64,000 bases of DNA from a bacterium (GTDB taxonomy: Bacteria; Cyanobacteriota; Vampirovibrionia; Gastranaerophilales; JBAXKC01), in contig JBAXKC010000005.1 of assembly GCA_037137535.1 (NCBI GenBank), positions 1-64,000 on the forward strand. Reading direction: 5' to 3'. Shown here one piece after another: positions 19,900 through 30,027 of the stretch. Position 1 is the first letter of the stretch, and each line of letters starts with the position of its first letter. A program made the position numbers and the translations under genes. A model generated the notes under the pieces. It saw only the letters and a program-made list of their open reading frames with translations. It made no database searches and was not told the origin of the DNA.

Positions 19900-20994
19900 T
19901 TATTCAGGATTATTTTTTTTAGTTTTTTCTAAGTATTCTTTGTAAAGATCTGCATAAGAATTTTCATAAATCTCAGGATCATTATACATAGTTTCTTCTT
20001 CTTGTTTGTTATCTATTTTTGCATTTTCTGCAAATGATTTTAATTCTTTGTTTAATATTTCATTGTTTTCGTCATTATCAAGTTCAGTCAAAACATTTAT
20101 ACTGTTTGCCGTTGAGCCTAATACCATTTGTTTTCCGTTTATTTCAACAAGGTGAATATCTTTTCCCTGACCGATTGAAGTTGAGGAAAGTAAATTGAAA
20201 TTCAGTTTCTTTTTATTTTTAAGTCCATTAGAAGCACCAAGGGTAGGAGTTTTACCTGTGATTTTCATGTATAAACCCCAAACAATAAAAATAATAAGCA
20301 ATACAAAGGCCAATCCTCCAATAACAGTTCCAAAATCAGGTCCTGAGCTTTTACTTGGAGTTTGTAAGAAATTAGTCTCAGATGTTTTTGTTATTTCTTT
20401 TTTATTCGGATAATCATGTATTCCACTCAAAATAGAAGGTTGTTCTTCTGTGTTTTCTTTATTTATGGCATTTTGTTTTGCTATTTTATCTGTTTCCTTG
20501 CTTTCATTTACGGTATTTATTTTTTCAGCCTGTTTATTAGTTTCTGTGCTTGTTATTGTCTTAATTGGTTCATTCTTTTCAGTTATAGGCTGATTTGCTT
20601 TAATACTTTTAGGCGCAACCGCTAATGATGGTTTTACCGCATTTTCTTTAATCGGATTATTTTTAAGTGTTTTATGTTTATTTGTGGTTATTGGTTTTTT
20701 TTCTATGTTTTGAGTTGGTTTATTTGAAATTACAGTCTTTTTTTCTGTATTTTTAGGTATTATCGTTATTTTTTGTGTTTTTTTAGGTTGTTCTGTCTGT
20801 ATTGCCGTTTGTTTCGTTTCAAATAATTTGTTTTTAGTTTCTATATTGTTTTCGTTATTTATATTTACATTTTTAAGTTTAAAATTGCCAAACTCAAAAA
20901 TATTTGCCATTGTTTTAGATGGCAAAATAGCTGATATCAAAGTGAATAAAACTATTAATAATAGTAGTTTTTTATAATTATTTTTAAGTGGCAA
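19900..20994 (-). CDS. fliO: FliO/FliZ-like flagellar biosynthesis protein with long N-terminal low-complexity extension
   Basis: Single TM followed by LLSSTSIGQGKDIHLVEINGKQMVLGSTANSINVLTEL; directly after cheY; TTG start. Confidence 0.7.
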   Translation of the reverse strand: MPLKNNYKKLLLLIVLFTLISAILPSKTMANIFEFGNFKLKNVNINNENNIETKNKLFETKQTAIQTEQPKKTQKITIIPKNTEKKTVISNKPTQNIEKKPITTNKHKTLKNNPIKENAVKPSLAVAPKSIKANQPITEKNEPIKTITSTETNKQAEKINTVNESKETDKIAKQNAINKENTEEQPSILSGIHDYPNKKEITKTSETNFLQTPSKSSGPDFGTVIGGLAFVLLIIFIVWGLYMKITGKTPTLGASNGLKNKKKLNFNLLSSTSIGQGKDIHLVEINGKQMVLGSTANSINVLTELDNDENNEILNKELKSFAENAKIDNKQEEETMYNDPEIYENSYADLYKEYLEKTKKNNPE

Positions 20995-21089
20995 TTTATA
21001 TCTCCTAAAAAAATAGCTCTAACTAACAAAATTGTACCAAATTTTGTTACTTTAGAACTATTTTACTATAAGAAAAGAAATTATTTAAA

Positions 21090-21449
21090 TTAACCTAATA
21101 CTTTTTTAACAGATTCAATAACTCTGTTAGGTTGGAAAGGTTTAACAATAAAATCTTTAGCCCCTGCTTGAATGGATTCAATAACCATTGATTGTTGACC
21201 CATAGCAGAACACATGATAACTTTAGCCGCTGTATTATGTGTCATTATTTGTTTTAACGCTTGAATCCCGTCACATTGAGGCATTGTAATATCCATAGTA
21301 ACTAAATCAGGTGTTAATTCTTTGTATTTATCAAATGCTTCAACGCCATTAGCTGCCTCACCAACAACTTCATAGCCATTTTTAGTAAGAATGTCTTTAA
21401 GCATCATTCTCATAAATGCAGCATCATCAGCAATTAGTACTCTAGCCAT
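21090..21449 (-). CDS. cheY: Chemotaxis response regulator CheY
   Basis: IADDAAFMRMML, TMDITMP, SAMGQQ, FIVKPF (Bacillus/Thermotoga-type). Confidence 0.95.
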   Translation of the reverse strand: MARVLIADDAAFMRMMLKDILTKNGYEVVGEAANGVEAFDKYKELTPDLVTMDITMPQCDGIQALKQIMTHNTAAKVIMCSAMGQQSMVIESIQAGAKDFIVKPFQPNRVIESVKKVLG

Positions 21450-21469
21450 TTATATAGTTCTCCTTACCA

Positions 21470-21964
21470 TTATATTTCTTGTTCCAGTTGACCAATTATT
21501 CTTACAGATACAATACCTGTTGCTACGTCCAGTTTGAGAGTTCTGCCTTTATTGCCTCCTGTATCGGCAGCTTTAACAGTCAAGCCTTCTTTACTTAGTG
21601 CAGCTTTAACCGCTATTGTATTACGCATTCCAACGTTTAGTATATTAGAACCCTTTTCCAGGTTAAACATTTGAGATCCGCCGGCCATTTTTAAAACCAT
21701 ATTTTGTTTTTTAGCTCCAAGTTTGTATAACTTTGCTAAAATTTCAGGAACGGCTTTATCTGCATACTTACCAAGCAAGGTAATTTCTTTTGTTACATTT
21801 GTACTATCGGGTAAAACTACATGGACCATGCCTCCAACTTTCGCCATTGGGTCATAAATAGTTAATCCTATGCATGATCCTAAACCTGGAGCTACTAATG
21901 AAGTTCCAGCCGAATTTGTTACTTGTATTTCACCCATTCCTACATTTACAATCGCCTTAATCAT
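21470..21964 (-). CDS. cheD: Chemoreceptor glutamine deamidase CheD
   Basis: GLGSCIG, GMVHVVLP, KYAD, KMAGG.QMF, DTGG..GR. Confidence 0.95.
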   Translation of the reverse strand: MIKAIVNVGMGEIQVTNSAGTSLVAPGLGSCIGLTIYDPMAKVGGMVHVVLPDSTNVTKEITLLGKYADKAVPEILAKLYKLGAKKQNMVLKMAGGSQMFNLEKGSNILNVGMRNTIAVKAALSKEGLTVKAADTGGNKGRTLKLDVATGIVSVRIIGQLEQEI

Positions 21965-22575
21965 ATCGTTTTGCTTTTTTCCTTCAAGTAGTCCACTAGT
22001 TTTTCAGTAGATGTATTATCAAGCATTAATATATAATATCCTTCGATAACTTCCTCACCGACTATTAGTTTTGTGCCAATAACTGATATTTTGTCAATTT
22101 CTGAACACAAAGAAGGTATTATAGATCCTACTAATGCACCTAGCATATCTTTTCCGAGTTGTGGAGGAGTTAGATCAACTTTATCTTCAAGCATTGATGC
22201 TAAAGCCCCTACATATGCCCCTGAAATAATGTTAGATACTTCAAGTATTACTGAGTCAGAATCAATGTCATATCCTTGAGCTGCAAGTTTATAAAGTTTA
22301 TTTGCATCTTCTTCAAGAAGTAAGAATACGATTATTCCTGAAAGTGCTTCGCTAATTTCAATAAAGATAACATTTACGTATTTTTCTGCTCCACCTAAAA
22401 CCATTGATAGTTCAGGCAATATGCAGTTTTTTACGAAAGGAATTTGAATATCAACTCTTCTGTCAAGCATAATTGATAAAGCTGTTGCTGCATTACCTGC
22501 ACCAATATTACCAACTTCTTTAAGAATATCAAGTTCAATTTCATTATTTATCTTTTTATTCATTAACTGCTCCAA
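21961..22575 (-). CDS. cheC: CheC phosphatase
   Basis: DILKEVGNIGAGNAATALS and second repeat LEVSNIISGAY. Confidence 0.93.
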   Translation of the reverse strand: MEQLMNKKINNEIELDILKEVGNIGAGNAATALSIMLDRRVDIQIPFVKNCILPELSMVLGGAEKYVNVIFIEISEALSGIIVFLLLEEDANKLYKLAAQGYDIDSDSVILEVSNIISGAYVGALASMLEDKVDLTPPQLGKDMLGALVGSIIPSLCSEIDKISVIGTKLIVGEEVIEGYYILMLDNTSTEKLVDYLKEKSKTI

Positions 22576-23431
22576 TCAAGGATTCTACATCAGCATTGAG
22601 TTCAATTAGGTCACCAATTAAAGTTTCAACGCTTGATGCTACTTGCGGAACTTTTAGATAAGTTAAAGCGCTTAAATCCATTTTATACATCATCCCGTCA
22701 GCGCCAATGCCTGCTCCTAGCATCATTGTTATCGCATCAGCTATGTGAATAATAGCAATAAGATGCGTATCCGCACAATTTTCTTGTATAGCAAGTTCAT
22801 AGCTATGGTGGTATTTAATTGATGATATTAGCTTATCCGGGAAATTCCATTTTTCTGCTATTGCAGCACCAATCGTGCAATGGTCTCCACCAACTATTCT
22901 TTCTTCAGCTATATAAAATGGAATATTCTCTCTAGCAACCATAGCTAAAATTGTTTGATATGAATCTTTTACACTTTCGTGTAGAATCAGTTTGCCTATA
23001 TCTCTTAATAGTCCTGCGACAAATGCTGTTTCAGGATCTTTGTAGCCTGACATTTCTGCCAAATATCTCGAATAGACAGCACATGTTACTGCATTTCTCC
23101 ATAAATCACCTTTAGCAAGATCATAACCATCAAGTTCTTTTTTAAGAACTCCATTCGATACGGCTAAAAAGATTATACTTTTTAGTGATTTTAATCCAAT
23201 TTTTGGTATTGCTTCATTAATAGAAGATATTTTACGAGAAAAACCATAATGAGCTGAATTACACACTTTTAAAATGTGTGTTGTTAATGCTAAATCTACT
23301 GAAATGACTTCTGCCAGCTTCTGAACGCTTATATCTTCATCATCAAGCATCTTCGCAGCTTTTACAGCCACAGCGGACATTTCAGGCAATTTATCAACTT
23401 TATCAATTAAACTTTGAACTATTTGGTTCAT
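22556..23431 (-). CDS. HDOD domain protein
   Basis: LPEM..VA, D..LT..ILK..NSA.YG, AF.AGLLRDIGK, DH..IGA.IAEKWNFP, YHH. Confidence 0.9.
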   Translation of the reverse strand: MNQIVQSLIDKVDKLPEMSAVAVKAAKMLDDEDISVQKLAEVISVDLALTTHILKVCNSAHYGFSRKISSINEAIPKIGLKSLKSIIFLAVSNGVLKKELDGYDLAKGDLWRNAVTCAVYSRYLAEMSGYKDPETAFVAGLLRDIGKLILHESVKDSYQTILAMVARENIPFYIAEERIVGGDHCTIGAAIAEKWNFPDKLISSIKYHHSYELAIQENCADTHLIAIIHIADAITMMLGAGIGADGMMYKMDLSALTYLKVPQVASSVETLIGDLIELNADVESLIGAVNE

Positions 23432-23464
23432 ATATTTCCCTTGCCAAGTACATACGATTTTGTC

Positions 23465-23989
23465 TTAATTTGCTGCTTCTGCTGTTATTTTTACAAGTTC
23501 GGCAACTTCAGCTATTTTATTGTAATTTACATCTTCATCTAAATTTAAGAACTTTTGTGGATTAAGTAGAATTAGTAATCTATCTTGATATTTACCGACA
23601 CCCCATAAAAAATCTGTATCACTGTCCATTTCTATTGGTGGCGGCTCAATATCTTTTGCAGAAAGATGTACTACTTCTGATACTGAATCAACAATTAATC
23701 CCATCATTTCTTCATCTATCTCAAGTACCATTACTCTTGTTTCACTGGTTTTTTCTGTTGATAGATTGTCAAAGTTGAATTTTTTTCTTCCGTCGATTAC
23801 TGGAATAATATGACCTCTAAGGTTTATTACCCCTTCGACATATGCAGGTGCTTTAGGAATTCTGGTTGCTTCTTGAGCCATAATTATTTCTTGAACTGTA
23901 GTTATTGGAACTGCATATTCTTCATAACCAAGTTGAAAAATTATCATTTGTATTTCTTCCTGACCTGCTTCAAGTAGTTCGTTTATCAT
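23465..23989 (-). CDS. cheW: CheW adaptor
   Basis: YAVPI..VQEI, GVINLRG.IIPVID, GLIVDSV. Confidence 0.95.
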   Translation of the reverse strand: MINELLEAGQEEIQMIIFQLGYEEYAVPITTVQEIIMAQEATRIPKAPAYVEGVINLRGHIIPVIDGRKKFNFDNLSTEKTSETRVMVLEIDEEMMGLIVDSVSEVVHLSAKDIEPPPIEMDSDTDFLWGVGKYQDRLLILLNPQKFLNLDEDVNYNKIAEVAELVKITAEAAN

Positions 23990-23994
23990 AACTC

Positions 23995-26034
23995 CTACTC
24001 CTTCTTATTTTTCTTTATTAATGAATTTACGTTTATAATTAGAGCAACTCTGCCGTTTCCTAATGTGGTAGCTCCTGAAATGTATTCATCAACATGTAAT
24101 TTTTTGCTTATTGGCTTAATTACAACTTCTTGTTGTCCAATTAATTGAGAAACAATTACACCTACTGACTTGCCTTGTGATTTTACAATAACGACAATAA
24201 GTGGTTTTTTCGGATCTGTTTTACCATTAGGAACTGAGAGCAGATCTTGAAGTCTTACTAGCGGAAGAGTATGTCCTCTTAGTACGATTACTTCTTTGTT
24301 TTGAACTTTTTTAACTTGGTTTGGATATATTTCAATAACTTCACTAATATAGTTCAAAGGCATAGCATAGGTTTCATCTATGACTTTAACCAGTAAAGCT
24401 TGAACAATAGCCATTGTTGACGGTAGGCTTATTGTTATTGTTGTTCCAATATTAACTTTGGAGTCAATATAAACAGTCCCGCCCAGCATTGCTATTTTTG
24501 TTTTTACAACGTCCATACCAACGCCACGTCCGGATATATCAGTTGCAACTTGTGTTGTTGAAAAACCAGGCATAAATATTATGTCTAATGCTTCAGCTTC
24601 ACTAAGATTTCTAGTTTGTTCTTCAGTCATCAAGCCTTTTTTAACGGCTATTTGTTTTAACCTTACAGGATCAATACCTTTTCCGTCATCTACAACTTTA
24701 ATAAGGATATTATCCCCTTCGTTGAATGCTGATAATTCGATTGTTCCTTTTGATGATTTGCCTTTTTCAATACGTTCTTGAGGATTTTCTAATCCATGGT
24801 CAAGAGAATTTCTTATAAGGTGAACTAAAGGATCTCCAATTTCGTCAATTACAACTCTGTCAATTTCTGTTTCTTTTCCAGTAATTTTAAGATTTACTTC
24901 TTTTTTTAATTCTTTCGATAAATCTCTTACCAGACGTGGAAATCTGTTAAATACCTGCTCTATGGAAACCATTCTCAACTTCATTACAATTTCTTGAATA
25001 TCAGTTGTAATGTTACCCATTGATGAGATTGCGGAAGATAAATCATTCTCTTTTAATTCATTGGAAATCTGCGCTATTCTGGTTCTGCTGATTACAAGTT
25101 CACCGACCAGATTCATAAGTTTATCAAGCCTGCCTGCATTTACTCTTATTGTTTGAGGCATTGCTTTGGTGATTGTAGTTTGATTAGCTGCAATAGTTTC
25201 TTTTTCTTCTATGCTCTTTTCTTCAGTTTTCTCTTCTGCGTTAGAGGGTACACTTTGAATGCTTGCAGAATAACTGCTATTTAGTGCTGTCAAGTCAACA
25301 TCACCAACATCAACTGCTTCTATTTCAGATATTCTCATTATGATATCTGTAATAGTTTTGTTGTCAGATTTAGTGACTAAGAATAGTTTAAAGGATTTTT
25401 CAAACTCACCATTCTCTAATGCTTCTGCTTCAGGAATTGATTTTATTACTTCACCAAGTGTCTCTAAAGCACTATTTGCCATATAGGATCTTACTCCCGG
25501 CAATACACAATCTGAAACTAAATGAATGGTTACTTCTTTTAAAGTAAAGCCCTTTTGAGCTGCTTCAAAAGCGATAGCAATTTCATATTGGTTAAAAGCT
25601 TGATCAGCTTCTTTTTTGACTTCTACAGCAGGTGCTGATCCTGTGCTCGATGAAGATAAAGCATCCTTCAAGTCGCTGATTAAATCTTTTGTACTTGAAA
25701 GATTATCGCTATATTCATTATTTATTATTTGCTCAACTAATGTTTCTAACTTATCGAGGCATTTGAATAATACATCGATTAATTTGGAATTAGGTACTAT
25801 TGTGCCACTTCTTAGTGGATCAAGAACATCTTCCATCTGGTGGGTTAAGTCTCCTATGGCATTAAATCCCATAGTTTTTGACATACCCTTTAGAGTATGT
25901 GCAACTCTAAAGATATCATTAAGAACTTCTAAGTCACCTGGATTTGATTCTAGTTTTAATAAACTTTCATTTAGTTTCTGAAGGTTTTCTCTTGACTCGT
26001 CTATAAAAAGCCCTATATATTGATCCAGTTCCAC
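23995..26034 (-). CDS. cheA: Chemotaxis histidine kinase CheA
   Basis: Hpt FRVAHTLKG, P2 domain, LMNLVGELV, HLIRNSLDHG, DDGKG, SGRGVGMDVV, C-terminal CheW domain; GTG start. Confidence 0.97.
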   Translation of the reverse strand: MELDQYIGLFIDESRENLQKLNESLLKLESNPGDLEVLNDIFRVAHTLKGMSKTMGFNAIGDLTHQMEDVLDPLRSGTIVPNSKLIDVLFKCLDKLETLVEQIINNEYSDNLSSTKDLISDLKDALSSSSTGSAPAVEVKKEADQAFNQYEIAIAFEAAQKGFTLKEVTIHLVSDCVLPGVRSYMANSALETLGEVIKSIPEAEALENGEFEKSFKLFLVTKSDNKTITDIIMRISEIEAVDVGDVDLTALNSSYSASIQSVPSNAEEKTEEKSIEEKETIAANQTTITKAMPQTIRVNAGRLDKLMNLVGELVISRTRIAQISNELKENDLSSAISSMGNITTDIQEIVMKLRMVSIEQVFNRFPRLVRDLSKELKKEVNLKITGKETEIDRVVIDEIGDPLVHLIRNSLDHGLENPQERIEKGKSSKGTIELSAFNEGDNILIKVVDDGKGIDPVRLKQIAVKKGLMTEEQTRNLSEAEALDIIFMPGFSTTQVATDISGRGVGMDVVKTKIAMLGGTVYIDSKVNIGTTITISLPSTMAIVQALLVKVIDETYAMPLNYISEVIEIYPNQVKKVQNKEVIVLRGHTLPLVRLQDLLSVPNGKTDPKKPLIVVIVKSQGKSVGVIVSQLIGQQEVVIKPISKKLHVDEYISGATTLGNGRVALIINVNSLIKKNKKE

Positions 26035-26151
26035 TAATTTTCACTCCTCAAATTAGTATTTAACTAAGTTAACTTTTAGATTTTATAAAAAATAATTTCA
26101 GATTTAGCTAACTATACTATTATACAAAATTTTGCTACTAACTCAATACAT

Positions 26152-26179
26152 TTATCGTTTTTTTAAACAAAAAGTTGTA
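26152..26179 (-). promoter_or_regulatory. Weak sigma-28-like promoter upstream of cheA
   Basis: Minus strand TACAA, 15 bp, AACGATAA. Confidence 0.35.
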
Positions 26180-26242
26180 TTTATTGCAAAATTGACATAA
26201 TTGGATATATAAAAGTGATATTGAAATAACTGATAAAATCAA

Positions 26243-26818
26243 TTATTTCAAAGAGTTGATAAGAAAATTCCATACTTCAATAGTTTGATTATTAATATAT
26301 AGCTTTCTGTCAACAAGACTTTTTATTGTTGCTCCATAACAAATTAATATGCCTGCATCAATATTGTTTTTTTCTTTAACTTCATTCAATACTTTATTTC
26401 TAAAGGCAATATCTCTTGTTTCCGCTTCGATTTTGTCGGCTAAAAATACTATTTTCTCAATCATAGACATATTAATTCTGCCAACAGTGTGAAATCTTAT
26501 TGAGTTTAAAATTTCTTCATCCTTTATTCCAAAAAGATTTTCAGCCATAAAAGCACCCACTGGAGAGTGCAATGTTTTTACGCTGTTTTTTTCTTCTTCA
26601 CTTACAGGTAAATTATTTTCGTCAATTATATTGAGTAGCTCGCTATTTTTTATACTTTTGGCTGTGTCATGCAGTAAACCGCCTAATGCTGCTTTTTCTT
26701 CATCTTCATTAAACATTATAGCCAGCTCTCTTGCTGATTGTTCGACACCTAGGACGTGCCTATATCTTTCCTCATCAAGATTATTTTTGAGCCAGTTTCT
26801 TATTTTATCGAGTTGCAT
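26243..26818 (-). CDS. yqeK: YqeK-family HD hydrolase (Ap4A symmetrical hydrolase)
   Basis: RYRHVLGV, LLHDTAK, LHSPVGA, FHTVG, FLADKIE; follows nadD. Confidence 0.9.
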   Translation of the reverse strand: MQLDKIRNWLKNNLDEERYRHVLGVEQSARELAIMFNEDEEKAALGGLLHDTAKSIKNSELLNIIDENNLPVSEEEKNSVKTLHSPVGAFMAENLFGIKDEEILNSIRFHTVGRINMSMIEKIVFLADKIEAETRDIAFRNKVLNEVKEKNNIDAGILICYGATIKSLVDRKLYINNQTIEVWNFLINSLK

Positions 26819-26827
26819 TTTATACCT

Positions 26828-27412
26828 CTATAGATACAAACTATTTTGCAGAATATAATCTTCCACTACTTCTGATACTAAATATTTTATTGATTTTTTA
26901 TTATTAATTCTTTTTCTTATCATCGAAGACGAAATTTCAATAGCAGGTGCTTTTATTAATGTATAATGGTAGTTTTCAACTTTTACTTTTTCAACATTGC
27001 CTTCTTCATCAGGTCTTTCAATAACAATAAAATCCAATAAATTTTTAAGCTCTTCTGATTTATACCAAGTTTGTATTAAATTAAAAGCATCCGTTCCGAT
27101 GATAAATTTGAATTTTTCTTTAGTATTTGGAAAAATATTTTTCAGTTTTAAAATTGTATTATATGTGTAGGATTTTTCATTATCGTTAAATTCTATATCA
27201 CTCACTTCAAAGTAAGGATTATTTTTTATTGCCAATTTAACCAAATTTAATCGATGAAAAGGCGATTCTATATTTTTATCCCTGTGAGGTGGGTTAAAAG
27301 ATGGGATAAATATAACCTTATCAGCATTTAATTCGGTTCTTACATATTCGGCCATTATTAAATGACCGGTATGAATTGGGTTAAACGTTCCGGCGTAAAT
27401 TACTATGTTCAT
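26828..27412 (-). CDS. nadD: Nicotinate-nucleotide adenylyltransferase
   Basis: GTFNPIHTGH, PPHR, SYT, IIGTD, W, ISSSMIR. Confidence 0.95.
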   Translation of the reverse strand: MNIVIYAGTFNPIHTGHLIMAEYVRTELNADKVIFIPSFNPPHRDKNIESPFHRLNLVKLAIKNNPYFEVSDIEFNDNEKSYTYNTILKLKNIFPNTKEKFKFIIGTDAFNLIQTWYKSEELKNLLDFIVIERPDEEGNVEKVKVENYHYTLIKAPAIEISSSMIRKRINNKKSIKYLVSEVVEDYILQNSLYL

Positions 27413-27416
27413 TTCT

Positions 27417-28289
27417 TTATAGAGCTAAATTCTCAACTAATTTAGTAACAAAGTTTTTAAAATCTTCTCTTTTTGCTTCACCATTTATGATAAAGTCAGC
27501 ATTTTTTATTGTCGGTAAAACGTAGGTTTTTGCTCTTGTCATTGCTTTATTATAAACGCTGTCAGCTACTTCGCCGATTAATTTTCTTTTTTCTGCTCTT
27601 TCATACCATCTTTGTCGTTGTACTGTTTCATCAATATCTACAAAAAATGTAAAATCAAAAATATCATTCAGTTCTTCTCGAAGGGTAAATATTCCTTCGG
27701 AAACAATTACAGGTGTCGGTGTCGCAAGTCTATACTTGTCATATCTGATAGCTCTATGATCCATTGTATATTTTGGAATCCAAACTTCATTTCCTAAAAT
27801 AAGTTGTTCAATGTGAGATTTTAGTAAAGATAGTTCTATTGCTTCAGGAACATCATAGTCGTAATTTTTTGCAAAATTTTCAAAACTGCCTGCCGCTGCT
27901 ATCATTTCTGAACGGTCGTGATAATAATCATCGGTATTAACTCTCGTTACTGGTTGTGGATGATTTAATTTATTTGCATTTTGATTTATGCATTCAATTA
28001 TATCTAACGCAAAGGTTGATTTACCGCTTGCGGTTGCTCCTGCTATGCCTATTGTTACAGGTCGTTTTACGGCACCTGAAAGGAAATAGGCTAGTTTTTG
28101 AATAGCACCTTTATTAACAAAATGAAAAACGGGTTTATCCAGTTTTTCATTTTCTTCAAAGATATTTAATAATTTTTTTTCAATTGATTGAATGGATTCA
28201 GTATCAACAACTGATGCAAAGGATCCATCATGAAACTTATGAGTCAATTTTGTTTCGCTATAAGTCATTTCTGATAAATTAGCTGCCAT
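27417..28289 (-). CDS. Uridine kinase/phosphoribulokinase-family P-loop kinase with N-terminal extension
   Basis: GIAGATASGKST, TDDYY, YDVPEA, VSEGIF. Confidence 0.8.
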   Translation of the reverse strand: MAANLSEMTYSETKLTHKFHDGSFASVVDTESIQSIEKKLLNIFEENEKLDKPVFHFVNKGAIQKLAYFLSGAVKRPVTIGIAGATASGKSTFALDIIECINQNANKLNHPQPVTRVNTDDYYHDRSEMIAAAGSFENFAKNYDYDVPEAIELSLLKSHIEQLILGNEVWIPKYTMDHRAIRYDKYRLATPTPVIVSEGIFTLREELNDIFDFTFFVDIDETVQRQRWYERAEKRKLIGEVADSVYNKAMTRAKTYVLPTIKNADFIINGEAKREDFKNFVTKLVENLAL

Positions 28290-28434
28290 TATATCCCTCT
28301 TTCATCAAAGATCCAAGCCAACATGCTCTTTTTGTTTTATTAAAACAAAGCCCCAAGAAAAATTGCTTAATTTTTTATATTAAAATCCAAAATGTTTTCA
28401 TTTGCAATGTTTTTTCTCTTACATATTACTATTC

Positions 28435-30024
28435 TTAATCTTCTGTTTCCGTTGTTAATGGCGGTATTGCCTTAATGAATTTTGTTTTAACTTTTTTAAA
28501 AATATCAAAGGCTATATTAAGTTTTAAAAGTATTGCTGCAGTAAAATAAGTAATCGTGCAAACTACTGTATATACACATAATTTAGCGGCAAGATAAATT
28601 GATGTGTCCGATATAAAGTGATTAAGTATTAGTTTTGTGCTTAATCCTACTGCTACCATTGCCATTGTGGCAATAAACATTTTTAAGGCAGGTGTTCTTA
28701 ACCTTAAATAATCAAGATCAGTTTTCTTTTTTATTAATATAGCTAAAATAATGCAGTTAATTGCTGTAACCGCTGTAGTGGAGAGTGTAATCGCTCCAAT
28801 TCCTAAGTGCTTTATGAAGGCAAAATCAAAAATGAAATTTGTTAATATTGAAAATACGGCTACTTTAAAAGGAGTTTTAGAGTCTCCAAAAGCGTAAAAT
28901 ATTCTTGTTAAAGTGTCTCTTGCAACATATGGAATTATTGAAAAAGTTAAGTATATTAAAGCCCATGATACCATTATCGTGTCATGGTGAGTAAAGTGTT
29001 TTTTTTCAAAAATTAATTTTATTCCATCAAAAGAATAAAGAATGATAAAGGCCAGTATTGGAAATGATAAAAACCATAAGGAATTTATACCTTTGTGGAA
29101 ATATTCTCGAAGTGATACCATATCTTTTTTTGCAACAAAGGATGCAAACATAGGAAACAAAGGCACTAACATAGCTGTCATAATAATACCGACGGGGAAT
29201 TGGAATATTCTATTAGCATAATTTATAGCAGACCATGCACCTAATACAAGCCATGAGGTAAAGAACATATCTACATATATATTTGCCTGACCAATGGTTG
29301 TGCTTACCATTGCAGGCAACAAGACATTTAATATTTTCTTTATTCTTGGATCGAAAAACTTAAATTCAGGCTTATATCTGAATCCAGATTTTAAGAATAC
29401 TGGTAATTGTAAGACTAACTGCCCTATTGCTCCAATTAGCGTACCCCATGCAAGCACACTTCCTCCAAATGTTCCATTGAAAAAATATATAGCTATAATT
29501 AGAGCTATGCTTGCTACTGTTGGACTTAAAGAAGTAAACAGGAACTCTTTGTAAACATTTGAGATTCCGTATAGTATTCCAATTAATCCACCTATAAACA
29601 TAATTGGCGACATTATTTTTAGTTGCAGTGCAGCTAAATGATGAAGTTGAGGTGTTGCTTTATTTGCAATTACATAAATAATTTGATCTGAAAAGAAAAA
29701 AACTAAAATGGAGATGATGAAAAACACAATAGCTGTTAATGTTAAAAAGGAATTTAACAGGCTTTGCCTGTCTTTATCTGCTATTGATCCTATGTTATCA
29801 ATTTCGCTTGAGAAAATTGCTACTGTTGCAGTGTGAAAAGGGCCACCTAGTCCACCTAGTAATATCAATGCAAATGCAGGTATCTGATAGGAATAGTTGT
29901 ATGCTTCAATTACTAAAGAGGTCCCATAGGCATGAGCTGCAACTACATCACGTCCAAACCCTACTAATTTGCTGAAAATAGTTATTAATGCGATTAATCC
30001 CGCTACTTTAAATAAATTATTCAT
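28435..30024 (-). CDS. murJ: Lipid II flippase MurJ/MviN
   Basis: SKLVGFGRD, YANRIFQFPVGI, RIFYAFGDSKTP; about 14 TM segments. Confidence 0.93.
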   Translation of the reverse strand: MNNLFKVAGLIALITIFSKLVGFGRDVVAAHAYGTSLVIEAYNYSYQIPAFALILLGGLGGPFHTATVAIFSSEIDNIGSIADKDRQSLLNSFLTLTAIVFFIISILVFFFSDQIIYVIANKATPQLHHLAALQLKIMSPIMFIGGLIGILYGISNVYKEFLFTSLSPTVASIALIIAIYFFNGTFGGSVLAWGTLIGAIGQLVLQLPVFLKSGFRYKPEFKFFDPRIKKILNVLLPAMVSTTIGQANIYVDMFFTSWLVLGAWSAINYANRIFQFPVGIIMTAMLVPLFPMFASFVAKKDMVSLREYFHKGINSLWFLSFPILAFIILYSFDGIKLIFEKKHFTHHDTIMVSWALIYLTFSIIPYVARDTLTRIFYAFGDSKTPFKVAVFSILTNFIFDFAFIKHLGIGAITLSTTAVTAINCIILAILIKKKTDLDYLRLRTPALKMFIATMAMVAVGLSTKLILNHFISDTSIYLAAKLCVYTVVCTITYFTAAILLKLNIAFDIFKKVKTKFIKAIPPLTTETED

Positions 30025-30027
30025 TCT

